Source of the DNA: a virus
Virus record (IMG/VR): IMGVR_UViG_3300008448_000018
Span: 37,517 to 101,516 of that record
Reading direction: 5' to 3' (one strand)
Length of the DNA: 64,000 nucleotides
The translations under genes and the position numbers were made by a program. The notes under the pieces are model-generated. The model ran no database searches, had not been told where the DNA came from, and worked only from the letters and a program-made list of their open reading frames with translations. Position 1 is the first letter of the stretch. Every line of letters starts with the position of its first letter. This document shows positions 1 to 9,082 of the stretch, in pieces.

Positions 1-106
1 GATGTCTAGTTATTTGAATACATTCAACACCAGAAGGATCTGTTGTATAGTGTAATGGATGATTAACTTGGTCAACTGTAATGCTTAACTCTGTATGATT
101 ACTCAT
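1..106 (-). CDS. DUF3310-family protein, 5' part (runs off window)
   Basis: Manually translated: MSNHTELSITVDQVNHPLHYTTDPSGVECIQITRH; D-x-VNHP-x-HY...ECI is the DUF3310 signature. Confidence 0.75.
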   Translation of the reverse strand, partial: MSNHTELSITVDQVNHPLHYTTDPSGVECIQITRH

Positions 107-227
107 CTGATTCATCCTCTTCCCAATCAAATGCTTCTGGCATACCTTTAAGCGCTGTGATAACATAGGTTAAACCTACTGCGCCAGCAATTCCAATTCC
201 AATTAAAACCTTTTGTGCTTTATTCAT
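99..227 (-). CDS. small membrane protein (42 aa)
   Basis: Manually translated MNKAQKVLIGIGIAGAVGLTYVITALKGMPEAFDWEEDESDE; one hydrophobic helix; overlaps both neighbours in a translationally coupled way. Confidence 0.65.
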   Translation of the reverse strand: MNKAQKVLIGIGIAGAVGLTYVITALKGMPEAFDWEEDESDE

Positions 228-379
228 CGTCGTGACTTCCTTAGTCCAAATTTAGCAAGGTAAACATAGATTGTTTCTACGCTTGCCCCGCACTCTTTTG
301 CAATCTCTTCTGGAGACTTTTTATCCATAAGAAACCTCTTACGGAGCCAAACCTCTGATGTATATAGTTTACCAGCCAT
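224..379 (-). CDS. small helix-turn-helix DNA-binding protein (51 aa)
   Basis: Manually translated MAGKLYTSEVWLRKRFLMDKKSPEEIAKECGASVETIYVYLAKFGLRKSRR; S-x-EEIAKECG-x-S-x-ETI HTH pattern; ATGA overlap with the next gene. Confidence 0.7.
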   Translation of the reverse strand: MAGKLYTSEVWLRKRFLMDKKSPEEIAKECGASVETIYVYLAKFGLRKSRR

Positions 380-394
380 AGCGTTATTTGTCAA
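366..394 (-). promoter_or_regulatory. sigma70-type promoter TTGACA-N17-TAAACT with extended TG
   Basis: Minus strand TTGACA (394-389), 17 bp, TAAACT (371-366) preceded by TGG. Confidence 0.5.
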
Positions 395-980
395 CCCCCA
401 AAGCCTTATTCCAATTATTTACAGCCCAATGACCAATGCCACAGGCATCAGCCACATCGTTATCAGTAATAGTCTTTTTATACTGAAACTCTATAAAGTC
501 CATAGTTCTTTGTTTTCTAAGATTACGCTCAAAGGTTTTATACCAAGACAAAGACTTTCCAGGATTTCTAACAGCAATCATTGCTCTTTCATCTTTAGAT
601 ATCTTTTTGTTACCAATATAATTTTGCCAGGTAATAGGTGAAACTTTTCCCACTGTAGTAATTCCACACATAGCGGCAGCACCAAGAAGAGCACCCTGAA
701 CCAATGCAAGATCGGCAGCAGTCTTAGGGCTATTCATAAATACCGTATGTTCAATTACTATAGCATCTGCCTTCATAATTGTTTCAAAATATGCCTTAGT
801 TTTTCTAGCAGCATCCCCCACTTTAGCGTATATGTCTTCACCTTCAAAGTTTATCTTACCAATTTCTTTTAAATCTTTTTTATCAAATACAGCAAAAGCA
901 AGGCTATTTGTACTAGCGTCTATAGCACAAACACGATCTGGCTGAACCTCTATGCCCCACTTATTCTTGCTCATAATCAA
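384..980 (-). CDS. ruvC: RuvC-like Holliday junction resolvase
   Basis: RNase H-fold acidic motifs AIDAS, VIEH, DVADACGIG. Confidence 0.75.
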   Translation of the reverse strand: MIMSKNKWGIEVQPDRVCAIDASTNSLAFAVFDKKDLKEIGKINFEGEDIYAKVGDAARKTKAYFETIMKADAIVIEHTVFMNSPKTAADLALVQGALLGAAAMCGITTVGKVSPITWQNYIGNKKISKDERAMIAVRNPGKSLSWYKTFERNLRKQRTMDFIEFQYKKTITDNDVADACGIGHWAVNNWNKALGVDK

Positions 981-1251
981 TAAACCCCTTTAATTCTTTT
1001 AACATTTTTGCTACTTGTTTTTCACTTACATTGCAGTTAGCACAAAATCCAGAATCGTTATATATTGATAACTGGGTTTGGCAACCACCTAAACAAAATC
1101 TTTTCTTGCCTTTTCTCTTTTGACGACGAGTTATCTGATACCTCTCGGTAATCTTTTCTTTAGTTGCAGCGTCTCTACAATCAACACTACAGTAAATTTG
1201 ATAAGTTACTTTAGGTTCAAAATATGTATCACATCTGTCACAGAGTTTCAA
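961..1251 (-). CDS. Cys-rich (zinc-binding) hypothetical protein
   Basis: CxxC, YCSxxC, CxxxC and CxxC motifs; overlaps neighbours. Confidence 0.7.
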   Translation of the reverse strand: MKLCDRCDTYFEPKVTYQIYCSVDCRDAATKEKITERYQITRRQKRKGKKRFCLGGCQTQLSIYNDSGFCANCNVSEKQVAKMLKELKGFIDYEQE

Positions 1252-2053
1252 TCAGCCCCTCCATAGATTTGATTTTAACAACTCCAGCGCCAGCCTCATC
1301 ACATGCTGCTTTGATTGGGCATGTCTTACATATTTTTGAATTAGCACGATAATTTTTAGTTGGTAGTGTTCGATCAACCCAAGCCTTACGAACATCACGC
1401 ATCCATTGGAAAGTTGCATCAATCCACTGTCGATAATAATCGTCTACTTCAACTGGAAGAACTAAGAGTTCATGATTATTTTTATTCTCATAAATCAATA
1501 CACCCTTTTTCTTACCAAGAATCTTCATATAGATAAGCAACTGAATTAGGTGACCAGTTTTAGGCTTCATTGAGTTCTTACGATACTCAAACCCTTCGTT
1601 AAGCATTGTCTTGATTTCTCCGACAATCTCTTCGCCTTCCCAGTCAAGCATTGCATCACCATATCCAAAGATAGGTGGATCATCATATCTAATCTTAAAT
1701 TCTGTTGTTGGCTGGTTATCGTCATCACGGTATACCTTGGCAACTCCAGCATTCATCATGGCATCTTGAATTCTTGCGTGTGACAATGTTCCAGCAGTCA
1801 TATTTGCTGCACCATAGGCATCTGCGTTGTCTTCAAATGTAGCACCATCAAATGCAAGATACCAATAGCGTGGACACTCTCCATGGCTATAGGCAATTGT
1901 TGATGGGGCAAATGTTTTTTTGGTTTGAAACTTTGGACCACGATTTACAACGTATCCAGATTTAATCTTTTCAATCAGCGCATCTGCATCCAGTATGGTG
2001 CTTTTCTTAGAAACACTTTTGAGCATAACCTGCTGTAATAAACTTTTTGTCAT
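1238..2053 (-). CDS. Cas4-like PD-(D/E)XK exonuclease
   Basis: N-terminal CPRYWY Cys, D...EIK catalytic motif, QLLIY, C-terminal CxxCxxxxxC (Fe-S cluster arrangement). Confidence 0.8.
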   Translation of the reverse strand: MTKSLLQQVMLKSVSKKSTILDADALIEKIKSGYVVNRGPKFQTKKTFAPSTIAYSHGECPRYWYLAFDGATFEDNADAYGAANMTAGTLSHARIQDAMMNAGVAKVYRDDDNQPTTEFKIRYDDPPIFGYGDAMLDWEGEEIVGEIKTMLNEGFEYRKNSMKPKTGHLIQLLIYMKILGKKKGVLIYENKNNHELLVLPVEVDDYYRQWIDATFQWMRDVRKAWVDRTLPTKNYRANSKICKTCPIKAACDEAGAGVVKIKSMEGLIETL

Positions 2054-2085
2054 TATATCCCCTTGTTTTATATAAGTATAGCATG

Positions 2086-2397
2086 TTATCGCATTATGTA
2101 TTTAAGTGCTGATACTAAGTTATTTACTGCTTCTGCTGCTGTATAGTAAATGTTTTTCTTTGCTCTGTTGTTTTTATCTACATTTGCCATCCAAGTAGCC
2201 TTTAGTGCTAACTTTCCTGCAATAGCCTGAAGTCTAACGATTTCAATACTGGCTACTGGAGCAGGGATATCTGGTTTAATGATTAACTTAGCAATCATTG
2301 TTAGAGCCGTATTGAGTTCTTCATCTTCCATAAACTCAGCAATCTCTGCCAAACCATTAATCATTTCTAGTGTTGTTTGCCCTGTACCCTCTGTCAT
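2086..2397 (-). CDS. hypothetical protein
   Basis: 103-aa ORF with GGAG RBS, tightly packed in the operon. Confidence 0.7.
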   Translation of the reverse strand: MTEGTGQTTLEMINGLAEIAEFMEDEELNTALTMIAKLIIKPDIPAPVASIEIVRLQAIAGKLALKATWMANVDKNNRAKKNIYYTAAEAVNNLVSALKYIMR

Positions 2398-2398
2398 T

Positions 2399-2695
2399 TT
2401 ATTCTCCTTCTATCAACTGTTCTAGTAGTTCTAATTCTATAATAGCCAGACGTACCTTCTTTGTACCCTCGCCTAAAACAATCACTAGCGCTGGATCCAT
2501 ATTTTTCTTTAGAGCATCAGTAACTGCTTTTGCCCATACATCTTGGTTAAGTGTAAAAGATTTAGAGCACTCTTTGAAGTCTAAAACAAAGTTATGCCAA
2601 GAAGCATCTCCCTTTGTATTATTTCTTCCAGAGTTTTTATGCTGCTTAGCACCTATTCTTTTAGATTCTCCACGCTCACTCATTTTTAAAATCAC
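2399..2695 (-). CDS. Hjc-like PD-(D/E)XK Holliday junction resolvase (probable start ~2683, MSERGE)
   Basis: E...NSG...KGDA...LDFKE pattern typical of small phage resolvases. Confidence 0.6.
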   Translation of the reverse strand: MILKMSERGESKRIGAKQHKNSGRNNTKGDASWHNFVLDFKECSKSFTLNQDVWAKAVTDALKKNMDPALVIVLGEGTKKVRLAIIELELLEQLIEGE

Positions 2696-2858
2696 TTTTC
2701 TTTTTCTTTGGAGGAATGAGATTTACTTTTGATATATGTTTTTCTGGACACATCCATGTTGCATCCCCACTTTCAGCCCAATATCTTAAAGATGTAACTT
2801 CAACTCCACACTTCTTACATGGAAATTTTCCAGGATATACAGTAAAATCTTTAGCCAT
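2676..2858 (-). CDS. small zinc-ribbon protein
   Basis: CKKC...WMCPEKH motif. Confidence 0.6.
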   Translation of the reverse strand: MAKDFTVYPGKFPCKKCGVEVTSLRYWAESGDATWMCPEKHISKVNLIPPKKKKSDFKNE

Positions 2859-3867
2859 TATTCAACTTATCTTTAAGACTTTGCTGTAAGTCAAGGTCTT
2901 CCTTAACACGAGCAATAAAACCATCTCTACCTTGAACTTTAGTTCCATCATCTAGTTGGTACCATGCACCAGTTCTATTTACAAGACCTGCTGCTTCTGC
3001 TGTATCAACTAAATCTCCTATGGAGTCGATTCCTACTTCATCTCCTCTAAAATAAAAATCATACTCACCTGATTGAAATCCTGGAGAAGTTTTTGAGAAC
3101 TGCAGTTCCCAACGAATCTTTCTACCAATCTTTTCTTCAATTAACTTATCACCAATCTTTATTTTGCCTTTAATTGCTTGGTTATCCGATTCGGACGAAA
3201 ACAATTTAATAACAGTAGAAGAATAGAACTTAGTAGCCTGACCACCAGTAGGCTGCTGGCTAGTATACATAGCATTAATATTGTTACGGCTTTGACTAAT
3301 AAGAACAAAAAGCGTTGGCTTAACTTTATTATTTGCATAGTTAATCATCTTCCAAGCATTGGAAAAGTCACGAGACTCTGCACCAATTTGTTTTGTGTTT
3401 TCAAGTTGCTTGAGTTCATCGGAATCCTTTTCAAAATAGATTGCTGGAAGTAATGATGTAATTGAGTCAACAACCACAATATCAACACCAGCATTGATTA
3501 GGTTTGTACCTACGTCAACCATTTCATTAATTGTACGAGCCTGAGAATAAATAAGTTTAGATGAATCTACTCCAAGACGTTCTGCCCATGCTTTATCGTA
3601 TGACATTTCTGCATCAATCCATGCACAGATCTTTCCTTCTTTCTGTGCTAGACCAATCATCTGAAGGCATAGAGAAGACTTTGCAGAGGATTTAGAACCC
3701 CAAACAAGTACTTGACGACCATATGGTAATCCACCTGCTAATGCACGGTTTAAACCAAAACTGGGAGTTGCTGCATATTCTGTTGGAGGTACTGAGTCTC
3801 CAACCATAATAGTCTTACGCAACTTAGGGTTAAGTTGTGCCAATACTTCTTCCATTGTTACTGACAT
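2851..3867 (-). CDS. recA: RecA/UvsX-like recombinase
   Basis: GGLPYGR, Walker A-like GSKSSAKS, WIDAE, VVVDS, GGQATKFYSS, GAWY. Confidence 0.92.
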   Translation of the reverse strand: MSVTMEEVLAQLNPKLRKTIMVGDSVPPTEYAATPSFGLNRALAGGLPYGRQVLVWGSKSSAKSSLCLQMIGLAQKEGKICAWIDAEMSYDKAWAERLGVDSSKLIYSQARTINEMVDVGTNLINAGVDIVVVDSITSLLPAIYFEKDSDELKQLENTKQIGAESRDFSNAWKMINYANNKVKPTLFVLISQSRNNINAMYTSQQPTGGQATKFYSSTVIKLFSSESDNQAIKGKIKIGDKLIEEKIGRKIRWELQFSKTSPGFQSGEYDFYFRGDEVGIDSIGDLVDTAEAAGLVNRTGAWYQLDDGTKVQGRDGFIARVKEDLDLQQSLKDKLNNG

Positions 3868-4211
3868 TAGAATCGTACCCCGTGTTTTTCTGGTCTAGTT
3901 TTATTAAAATCTATTTTTTCTCTTAACATTTGATCAAGAGATAGTTTTGTATATCCAGCCTCTACCATGCCAGCATATAAATCTAATGTACGGATAATGA
4001 TGTCTGCAAATTCTTTAGTTATTTCTTCTTCACCCTTATCTTTACGTACTGCTTCCATTACTTCAGTAACCTCTGAAACAATCATCATACACTGCTTAGC
4101 AACAAAAATATCGTCTATTGCATCGCTATCTTCTGGGCTTCCCCAAAAACCTTTTTCAACTGCTACCTTATGTAATTCAATTGCTAGATTATCAAACACG
4201 TTATCGTACAT
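3867..4211 (-). CDS. mazG: MazG-like nucleotide pyrophosphohydrolase
   Basis: SEVTEVMEA...KEFADIIIR acidic MazG motif. Confidence 0.8.
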   Translation of the reverse strand: MYDNVFDNLAIELHKVAVEKGFWGSPEDSDAIDDIFVAKQCMMIVSEVTEVMEAVRKDKGEEEITKEFADIIIRTLDLYAGMVEAGYTKLSLDQMLREKIDFNKTRPEKHGVRF

Positions 4212-7200
4212 TTACTTCCTCCAATGTAATTGTTCCATCTTTTGTTTTACCAAACTTAAATTTATAAGCATTGCCTTCTTCAATATGCATGTATGCCTGT
4301 GCAAACGAAGTTGGAAATACTGTAACTGGGTGCAAATCTCTACTAGTATCTGCTAAGGTTAAAGAAGCCATTTTTTTACCAGCCTTTGTAATTCTTGGCT
4401 TAAAGGAAACAACAAACATTTCCTCTTCTGTAAAAGGCAATTGCTTATAATTTAAAAACTTTACAAGTGCATTTGATGAACCTTTAATCTCTTCTACTGG
4501 AATAGCAGAGACAATTCTGTTATCAGTAGCCAGAAGAAGGTAAGTCTTCCCTGGCTCAATCATTGTTTGTTCTTCATCAAAAATGCCAACGGATCCAGTC
4601 TTGTCAAGAATTTCTACTCTAGACCAACCTTTGCCACGCTTAATACTTTTAACCATACCCATTAATACAAAAGAACCCTTTTCCTCAAAATCACAAACCT
4701 CTTGAATAAATGCATGGTAATGGGATGGGACTGTAATGTTAAACTCAGGAAGATTTAAATAATCATAAAGATTTTCTTTAATCTCTTGCTCATTACGTGG
4801 ATTATCTGGGAAGTTAGCAGCACCAATAACTCTTAATGCTTGTAGTGCCCTGCTGTTTACTCCATTTCCTTTTGTAAAGGTAAATTCTTCAAGTTCTTTG
4901 TATGAACTAAATGGTCGTGCCGTAATGTATCTCTCTGCAATTTTGTCAGATATGTACTTGATAGCAGTGAGTCCAAACCGAATACCCTTACCCTCAATTT
5001 TAAAATCAATATCCGAATCGTTAATGTGAGGTAACTTAATACTAATGCCCATTCTTTTCGCTTCAATAAGATACTCAGTTCTTCCATCTTTATCCTTTTC
5101 GTTTTTAAGAAGTGCAAACATAAACTCAAGAGGGTAGTAATATTTTAACCACGCCGTCCAATACGAGACTGTAGAGTAAGCAACCGCATGAGACTTGTTG
5201 AACGAGTAGCCTGCATGCGCCTCAAAGTCATGCCATAAATCAAGAGCCTGATTGGGACTAATATAGGCAGAAGCACCTTTAACGAATTTGTCTTTGAATA
5301 CGTCAAACTCTTTAGCATCTTTCTTCTTGCCAATGATCTTTCTAACTTTATCTGCTTCCGACATGGACATACCGCCAAGGTGTACGCATGCTTGCATAAC
5401 TTGTTCCTGGTATAAAACACAGCCATAGGTATCCTCCGTAAATGGTTTCATTACCTGATGACTATATGATACCGACTGTTTTCCATGCTTACGAGCAATA
5501 TAGTCTTTACCAATAGTGTTCATTGCGCCAGGTCGAACTAAAGCGTTTGATGCAGCAAGTTCATTTAGGTTCTTTACACCCATCTTAATAAGAAGGTTTG
5601 TATATGGTGTTGCTTCACACTGAAATACACCCTTAGTGTATCCACTGGATAACATTTCATATACATTTGCATCGTCCATATCAATATTTAATAAGTCTAT
5701 ATCTTTAAAATGATTTTGTTTGACCATTTGTAAAGTATCTTGGATTACACTTAAAGTCTTTAACCCAAGAGCATCTATCTTAATTAAACCAATTCTTTCA
5801 GCCTCTTCCATATCCACAGCAACCACTGGAATGCGATCATCGCTACCAGTACTAGAGCGTGTTTCCATAGGTGCATGTCTAAAGATTGGTTCTTTTGATG
5901 TTACAACACCAGCAGCATGAATTCCAGTACCACGGATTCTGCCACGAAGTTTATCTCCATAGATTTCTACTTCAGGGTATTTTTCACGGAACCATGCAGT
6001 TGTTTTAGAACTACAATACTCATCCCATGTATCTACTAACTTTAGAACTTTGTTAACATCTGTTAATGGAATATCTAAAACTCGTGCAACATCTCGCACT
6101 ACACCCTTATCTTTGAACTGAAGGAATGTTGCAATTGATGCTACGTGTCTATACTGTCTAACTAAATAATCTTTAACTTCTTCACGTCTATTATCTTGAA
6201 TGTCTGTATCAATATCAGGAAAGTCATTACGCTCTGGGTTAATAAAACGGAAGAATAGAAGTCCATGTTCAATTGGATCAATTTCAGTAATGCCAAGTGC
6301 ATAACATACCAAAGAGCCTGCAGCAGATCCACGACCAGGACCTACCATAATCCCTTCCTTCTTTGCCCAACTAATCATACTTTGCACAACAAGAAAGTAT
6401 GGACCAAAGTTCTTTGTTTTAATAATCTCTAACTCTTCATCAAGACGAGCAAGATATTCTGGATTACTATCAAACCCACGAACCTTTAAACCTTCTAGTG
6501 CAAGAGATTTTAGTTCTTTATCAGGATTCTTGTATTGTACTGGTAGGAGGTTTAGACCATCTTTAATGTCATAGTCCTCTATCTTATCTGCAATGGTTAT
6601 AGAGTTGATATACATGTCTTCTCTTACAATACCCTGCGATTCCATGGCTACCTTCATCTCATCATAAGATAAAAGATGGATGTCAAACTTATTAAATGAC
6701 ATTTGGCGATCTTCACCATACAAATAATCAAGACGCTTCATCATTCCATTTTGCTTTTTAGACTTATCATAGGTTACATCTTTTTGAACTTTAGCATGTG
6801 AGTTCATTAATAGTTTAAATTCTTGAATCTCTTTTTGTGATTCATCAACATGGTGACAGTCTGGTGTTACGACAGTTTGTACCTTGAACTCATCTGCAAG
6901 TTCTGCTAGTTGCTTATTAACTTCTGCACCATTGTGTGGCATGAGTTCCATATAAAAATCATCTTTAAATACACGCTTGAACCACTCAATGTGCTTCTTA
7001 GCCTGAGCATACTCCCCATGCTCCAAGGCTTTTGCAATGATACCGCTTAGACATCCAGATAAAACAATAATGCCTTCGCTGTACTTTTCTAGAACTTCAA
7101 AGTCAAAGCGTGGCTTACTAAAATATCCTTCAGTCCAAGCGATTTCATTAATCTTGTTTAGATTTTCTAAACCAAGTTGGTTCTTAGCGAGAAGGATAAT

Positions 7201-7476
7201 GTGATTATAGACCATATCAGTTGGCTCAGTGCGTTCTGCCTTTGCCCTTTTATCAAATCTATCAGTACAAAAATATCCTTCTACGCCAAGAATAGGCTTT
7301 ACACCTTTTGCTTTTGCAATTCGGTACAGTTCCCGATGCCCAGATAAGGTTCCGTGATCTGTGATAGCCAATGCTGGCATACCAAGTTCAACTGCTCGGT
7401 CTATATATTCTTCTGGAGTAGCAACACCATCAAATAATGAATAGTGTGTATGTACGTGTAAGCCTACGTAATTCAT
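4201..7476 (-). CDS. dnaE: DNA polymerase III alpha subunit (family C)
   Basis: PHP motifs HVHTHYS, ITDHG, DCH; GPGRGSAAGS; PDIDTD; GYSFNKSHAVAY; C-terminal OB folds. Confidence 0.97.
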   Translation of the reverse strand: MNYVGLHVHTHYSLFDGVATPEEYIDRAVELGMPALAITDHGTLSGHRELYRIAKAKGVKPILGVEGYFCTDRFDKRAKAERTEPTDMVYNHIILLAKNQLGLENLNKINEIAWTEGYFSKPRFDFEVLEKYSEGIIVLSGCLSGIIAKALEHGEYAQAKKHIEWFKRVFKDDFYMELMPHNGAEVNKQLAELADEFKVQTVVTPDCHHVDESQKEIQEFKLLMNSHAKVQKDVTYDKSKKQNGMMKRLDYLYGEDRQMSFNKFDIHLLSYDEMKVAMESQGIVREDMYINSITIADKIEDYDIKDGLNLLPVQYKNPDKELKSLALEGLKVRGFDSNPEYLARLDEELEIIKTKNFGPYFLVVQSMISWAKKEGIMVGPGRGSAAGSLVCYALGITEIDPIEHGLLFFRFINPERNDFPDIDTDIQDNRREEVKDYLVRQYRHVASIATFLQFKDKGVVRDVARVLDIPLTDVNKVLKLVDTWDEYCSSKTTAWFREKYPEVEIYGDKLRGRIRGTGIHAAGVVTSKEPIFRHAPMETRSSTGSDDRIPVVAVDMEEAERIGLIKIDALGLKTLSVIQDTLQMVKQNHFKDIDLLNIDMDDANVYEMLSSGYTKGVFQCEATPYTNLLIKMGVKNLNELAASNALVRPGAMNTIGKDYIARKHGKQSVSYSHQVMKPFTEDTYGCVLYQEQVMQACVHLGGMSMSEADKVRKIIGKKKDAKEFDVFKDKFVKGASAYISPNQALDLWHDFEAHAGYSFNKSHAVAYSTVSYWTAWLKYYYPLEFMFALLKNEKDKDGRTEYLIEAKRMGISIKLPHINDSDIDFKIEGKGIRFGLTAIKYISDKIAERYITARPFSSYKELEEFTFTKGNGVNSRALQALRVIGAANFPDNPRNEQEIKENLYDYLNLPEFNITVPSHYHAFIQEVCDFEEKGSFVLMGMVKSIKRGKGWSRVEILDKTGSVGIFDEEQTMIEPGKTYLLLATDNRIVSAIPVEEIKGSSNALVKFLNYKQLPFTEEEMFVVSFKPRITKAGKKMASLTLADTSRDLHPVTVFPTSFAQAYMHIEEGNAYKFKFGKTKDGTITLEEVNVR

Positions 7477-7479
7477 CTA

Positions 7480-8136
7480 CTACCAGTCGATGTTGGTAGC
7501 AGAAGAAGTTGATGGACCGTCAAAGCCCAAATAGAATGCCTCTTGCTCAGCATATGGAATTTTCTTCAATGCTAGTTCTAGAGGATATGGTTTTACTTCT
7601 GCCCAGTCAAAAGGTTCCTTGTCTGGAGCACCTGGAATAATTGTGTAAGATGTTTCAGTTCCCTGACCATTACGCTTTACTTTCCAGAGTACGTTTGAGA
7701 TGCTTCCTGTTTCAAGAGCATACTCACGAATTGTGTTAAATGCTGACTGCTTGCTAACACCCATTGACCAGATTGCAACATAAGGTGCTTCAATGCCGTC
7801 ATCTACCAAAACGTTGCAATAGAAACGAAGACGTGCTCTCCAGCCAGCCTTTGGATCCTTGCGGTGCATCTCTTCTGCCCAGTCACGACCTTCTGATTCC
7901 ATTGTGTCTACAGCCTTACGCTTATAGTCCTTTGGATTTGTGTGTTCTTTAACAACTAGTGCAAGACCACGTTCTGCATTATAGTTTGCAGAGTCTTCAT
8001 CTAGTTCTTCAATGAAACGAATTTTTACTGATTGACCGTCGGCAAGTTTAAGCCACTTTACCTTTGGTGAGTTTTCATCATACTTTGGCTTGTCGAGCAG
8101 GGCATTAATATTTTTGAGTCCCTTTACTACGCTCAT
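7480..8136 (-). CDS. single-stranded DNA-binding protein (gp32-like)
   Basis: KLADGQSVKIRF, KRNGQGTETSY, C-terminal IDW; lies between primase and polymerase. Confidence 0.7.
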   Translation of the reverse strand: MSVVKGLKNINALLDKPKYDENSPKVKWLKLADGQSVKIRFIEELDEDSANYNAERGLALVVKEHTNPKDYKRKAVDTMESEGRDWAEEMHRKDPKAGWRARLRFYCNVLVDDGIEAPYVAIWSMGVSKQSAFNTIREYALETGSISNVLWKVKRNGQGTETSYTIIPGAPDKEPFDWAEVKPYPLELALKKIPYAEQEAFYLGFDGPSTSSATNIDW

Positions 8137-8160
8137 GTGTTTCTCCTTTGTTTGTTATAT

Positions 8161-9081
8161 TTATTTTAGCATAGCCGATATAGAATTGTCAAACTGAAAC
8201 TCAAGTTTTCTGATTGAATCATCATCCATATCACCTATGTCTTTATATTTTTTATCTAGATTAACAATAGTTACCATTGATCCAAGTTTTTCAATTAACT
8301 TTTCTGTCATGATAATTCCTGCTTCATCATTATCTGCTATTAGTACAACGTTGTTGAAGTACTTCTCTAATAGTCTGATTTGTGATACAGACACATTAGC
8401 ACCCAGAGTTGCAACTGCTGGGAAACCTACTTGATCTAATCGTATTGCATCAAATGATGATTCTACGACATATACAATGCTTGATGTTTTAATTCTATTA
8501 AGATTGAATAGTATCTTACTTTTTGGAAGACCTGGAGTATTCTTAAACTCTTTACCCTCGATTGTTCTAGCAACAAAGCCCAGGCACATTCCTTCGTGAT
8601 TATGCATTGGTACTGTAACTGAATCTTGTTTTTCTGAATATCCAAGGCTAAATTTGATCATAGAATCTTTTGTAATCTTACGACCTTCAAAATATCTAAT
8701 TGCCCTAGGAGATTCCATAGCCTGATTATTTAATCTTTTAATAAGTAGTTCGTCATACTGAACAAAGTCAGGTGGACTATAAAGTGTTTTATTTATTACA
8801 CTAGTAAGATCTGTTTCTTGACCCTTGCTACGAATATATCGAACTGCCTCAAAGTATGTCCTATTGGATATAGTCATAACAAACTCTTCTAAACTTTTGG
8901 TTACTTGACATCCAAAACAAAAGAACCTACCATGCTCTTTAGATATTTCTCCTGCAGGAGTTCTACTATTATTATGATAAGGACAATACACAATTAGTTC
9001 ATTACCAAACTCAGCCTCAACATCTACGCCAATTCCGTTTAATACTCTTCTAATTTGCTCTTCTGTATATATGTCTGTCAT
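8161..9081 (-). CDS. dnaG: DNA primase (start probably 9081, MTDIY)
   Basis: CHC2 zinc finger CPYH...CFGC; TOPRIM VVES.FD and ADNDEAG; KDIGD. Confidence 0.9.
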   Translation of the reverse strand: MTDIYTEEQIRRVLNGIGVDVEAEFGNELIVYCPYHNNSRTPAGEISKEHGRFFCFGCQVTKSLEEFVMTISNRTYFEAVRYIRSKGQETDLTSVINKTLYSPPDFVQYDELLIKRLNNQAMESPRAIRYFEGRKITKDSMIKFSLGYSEKQDSVTVPMHNHEGMCLGFVARTIEGKEFKNTPGLPKSKILFNLNRIKTSSIVYVVESSFDAIRLDQVGFPAVATLGANVSVSQIRLLEKYFNNVVLIADNDEAGIIMTEKLIEKLGSMVTIVNLDKKYKDIGDMDDDSIRKLEFQFDNSISAMLK

Positions 9082-9082
9082 T

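Noticed and set aside
1238-2053. CRISPR-Cas system suggested by the Cas4-like gene
   Set aside because: No array or other cas genes; solo Cas4-like nucleases are common in phage recombination modules
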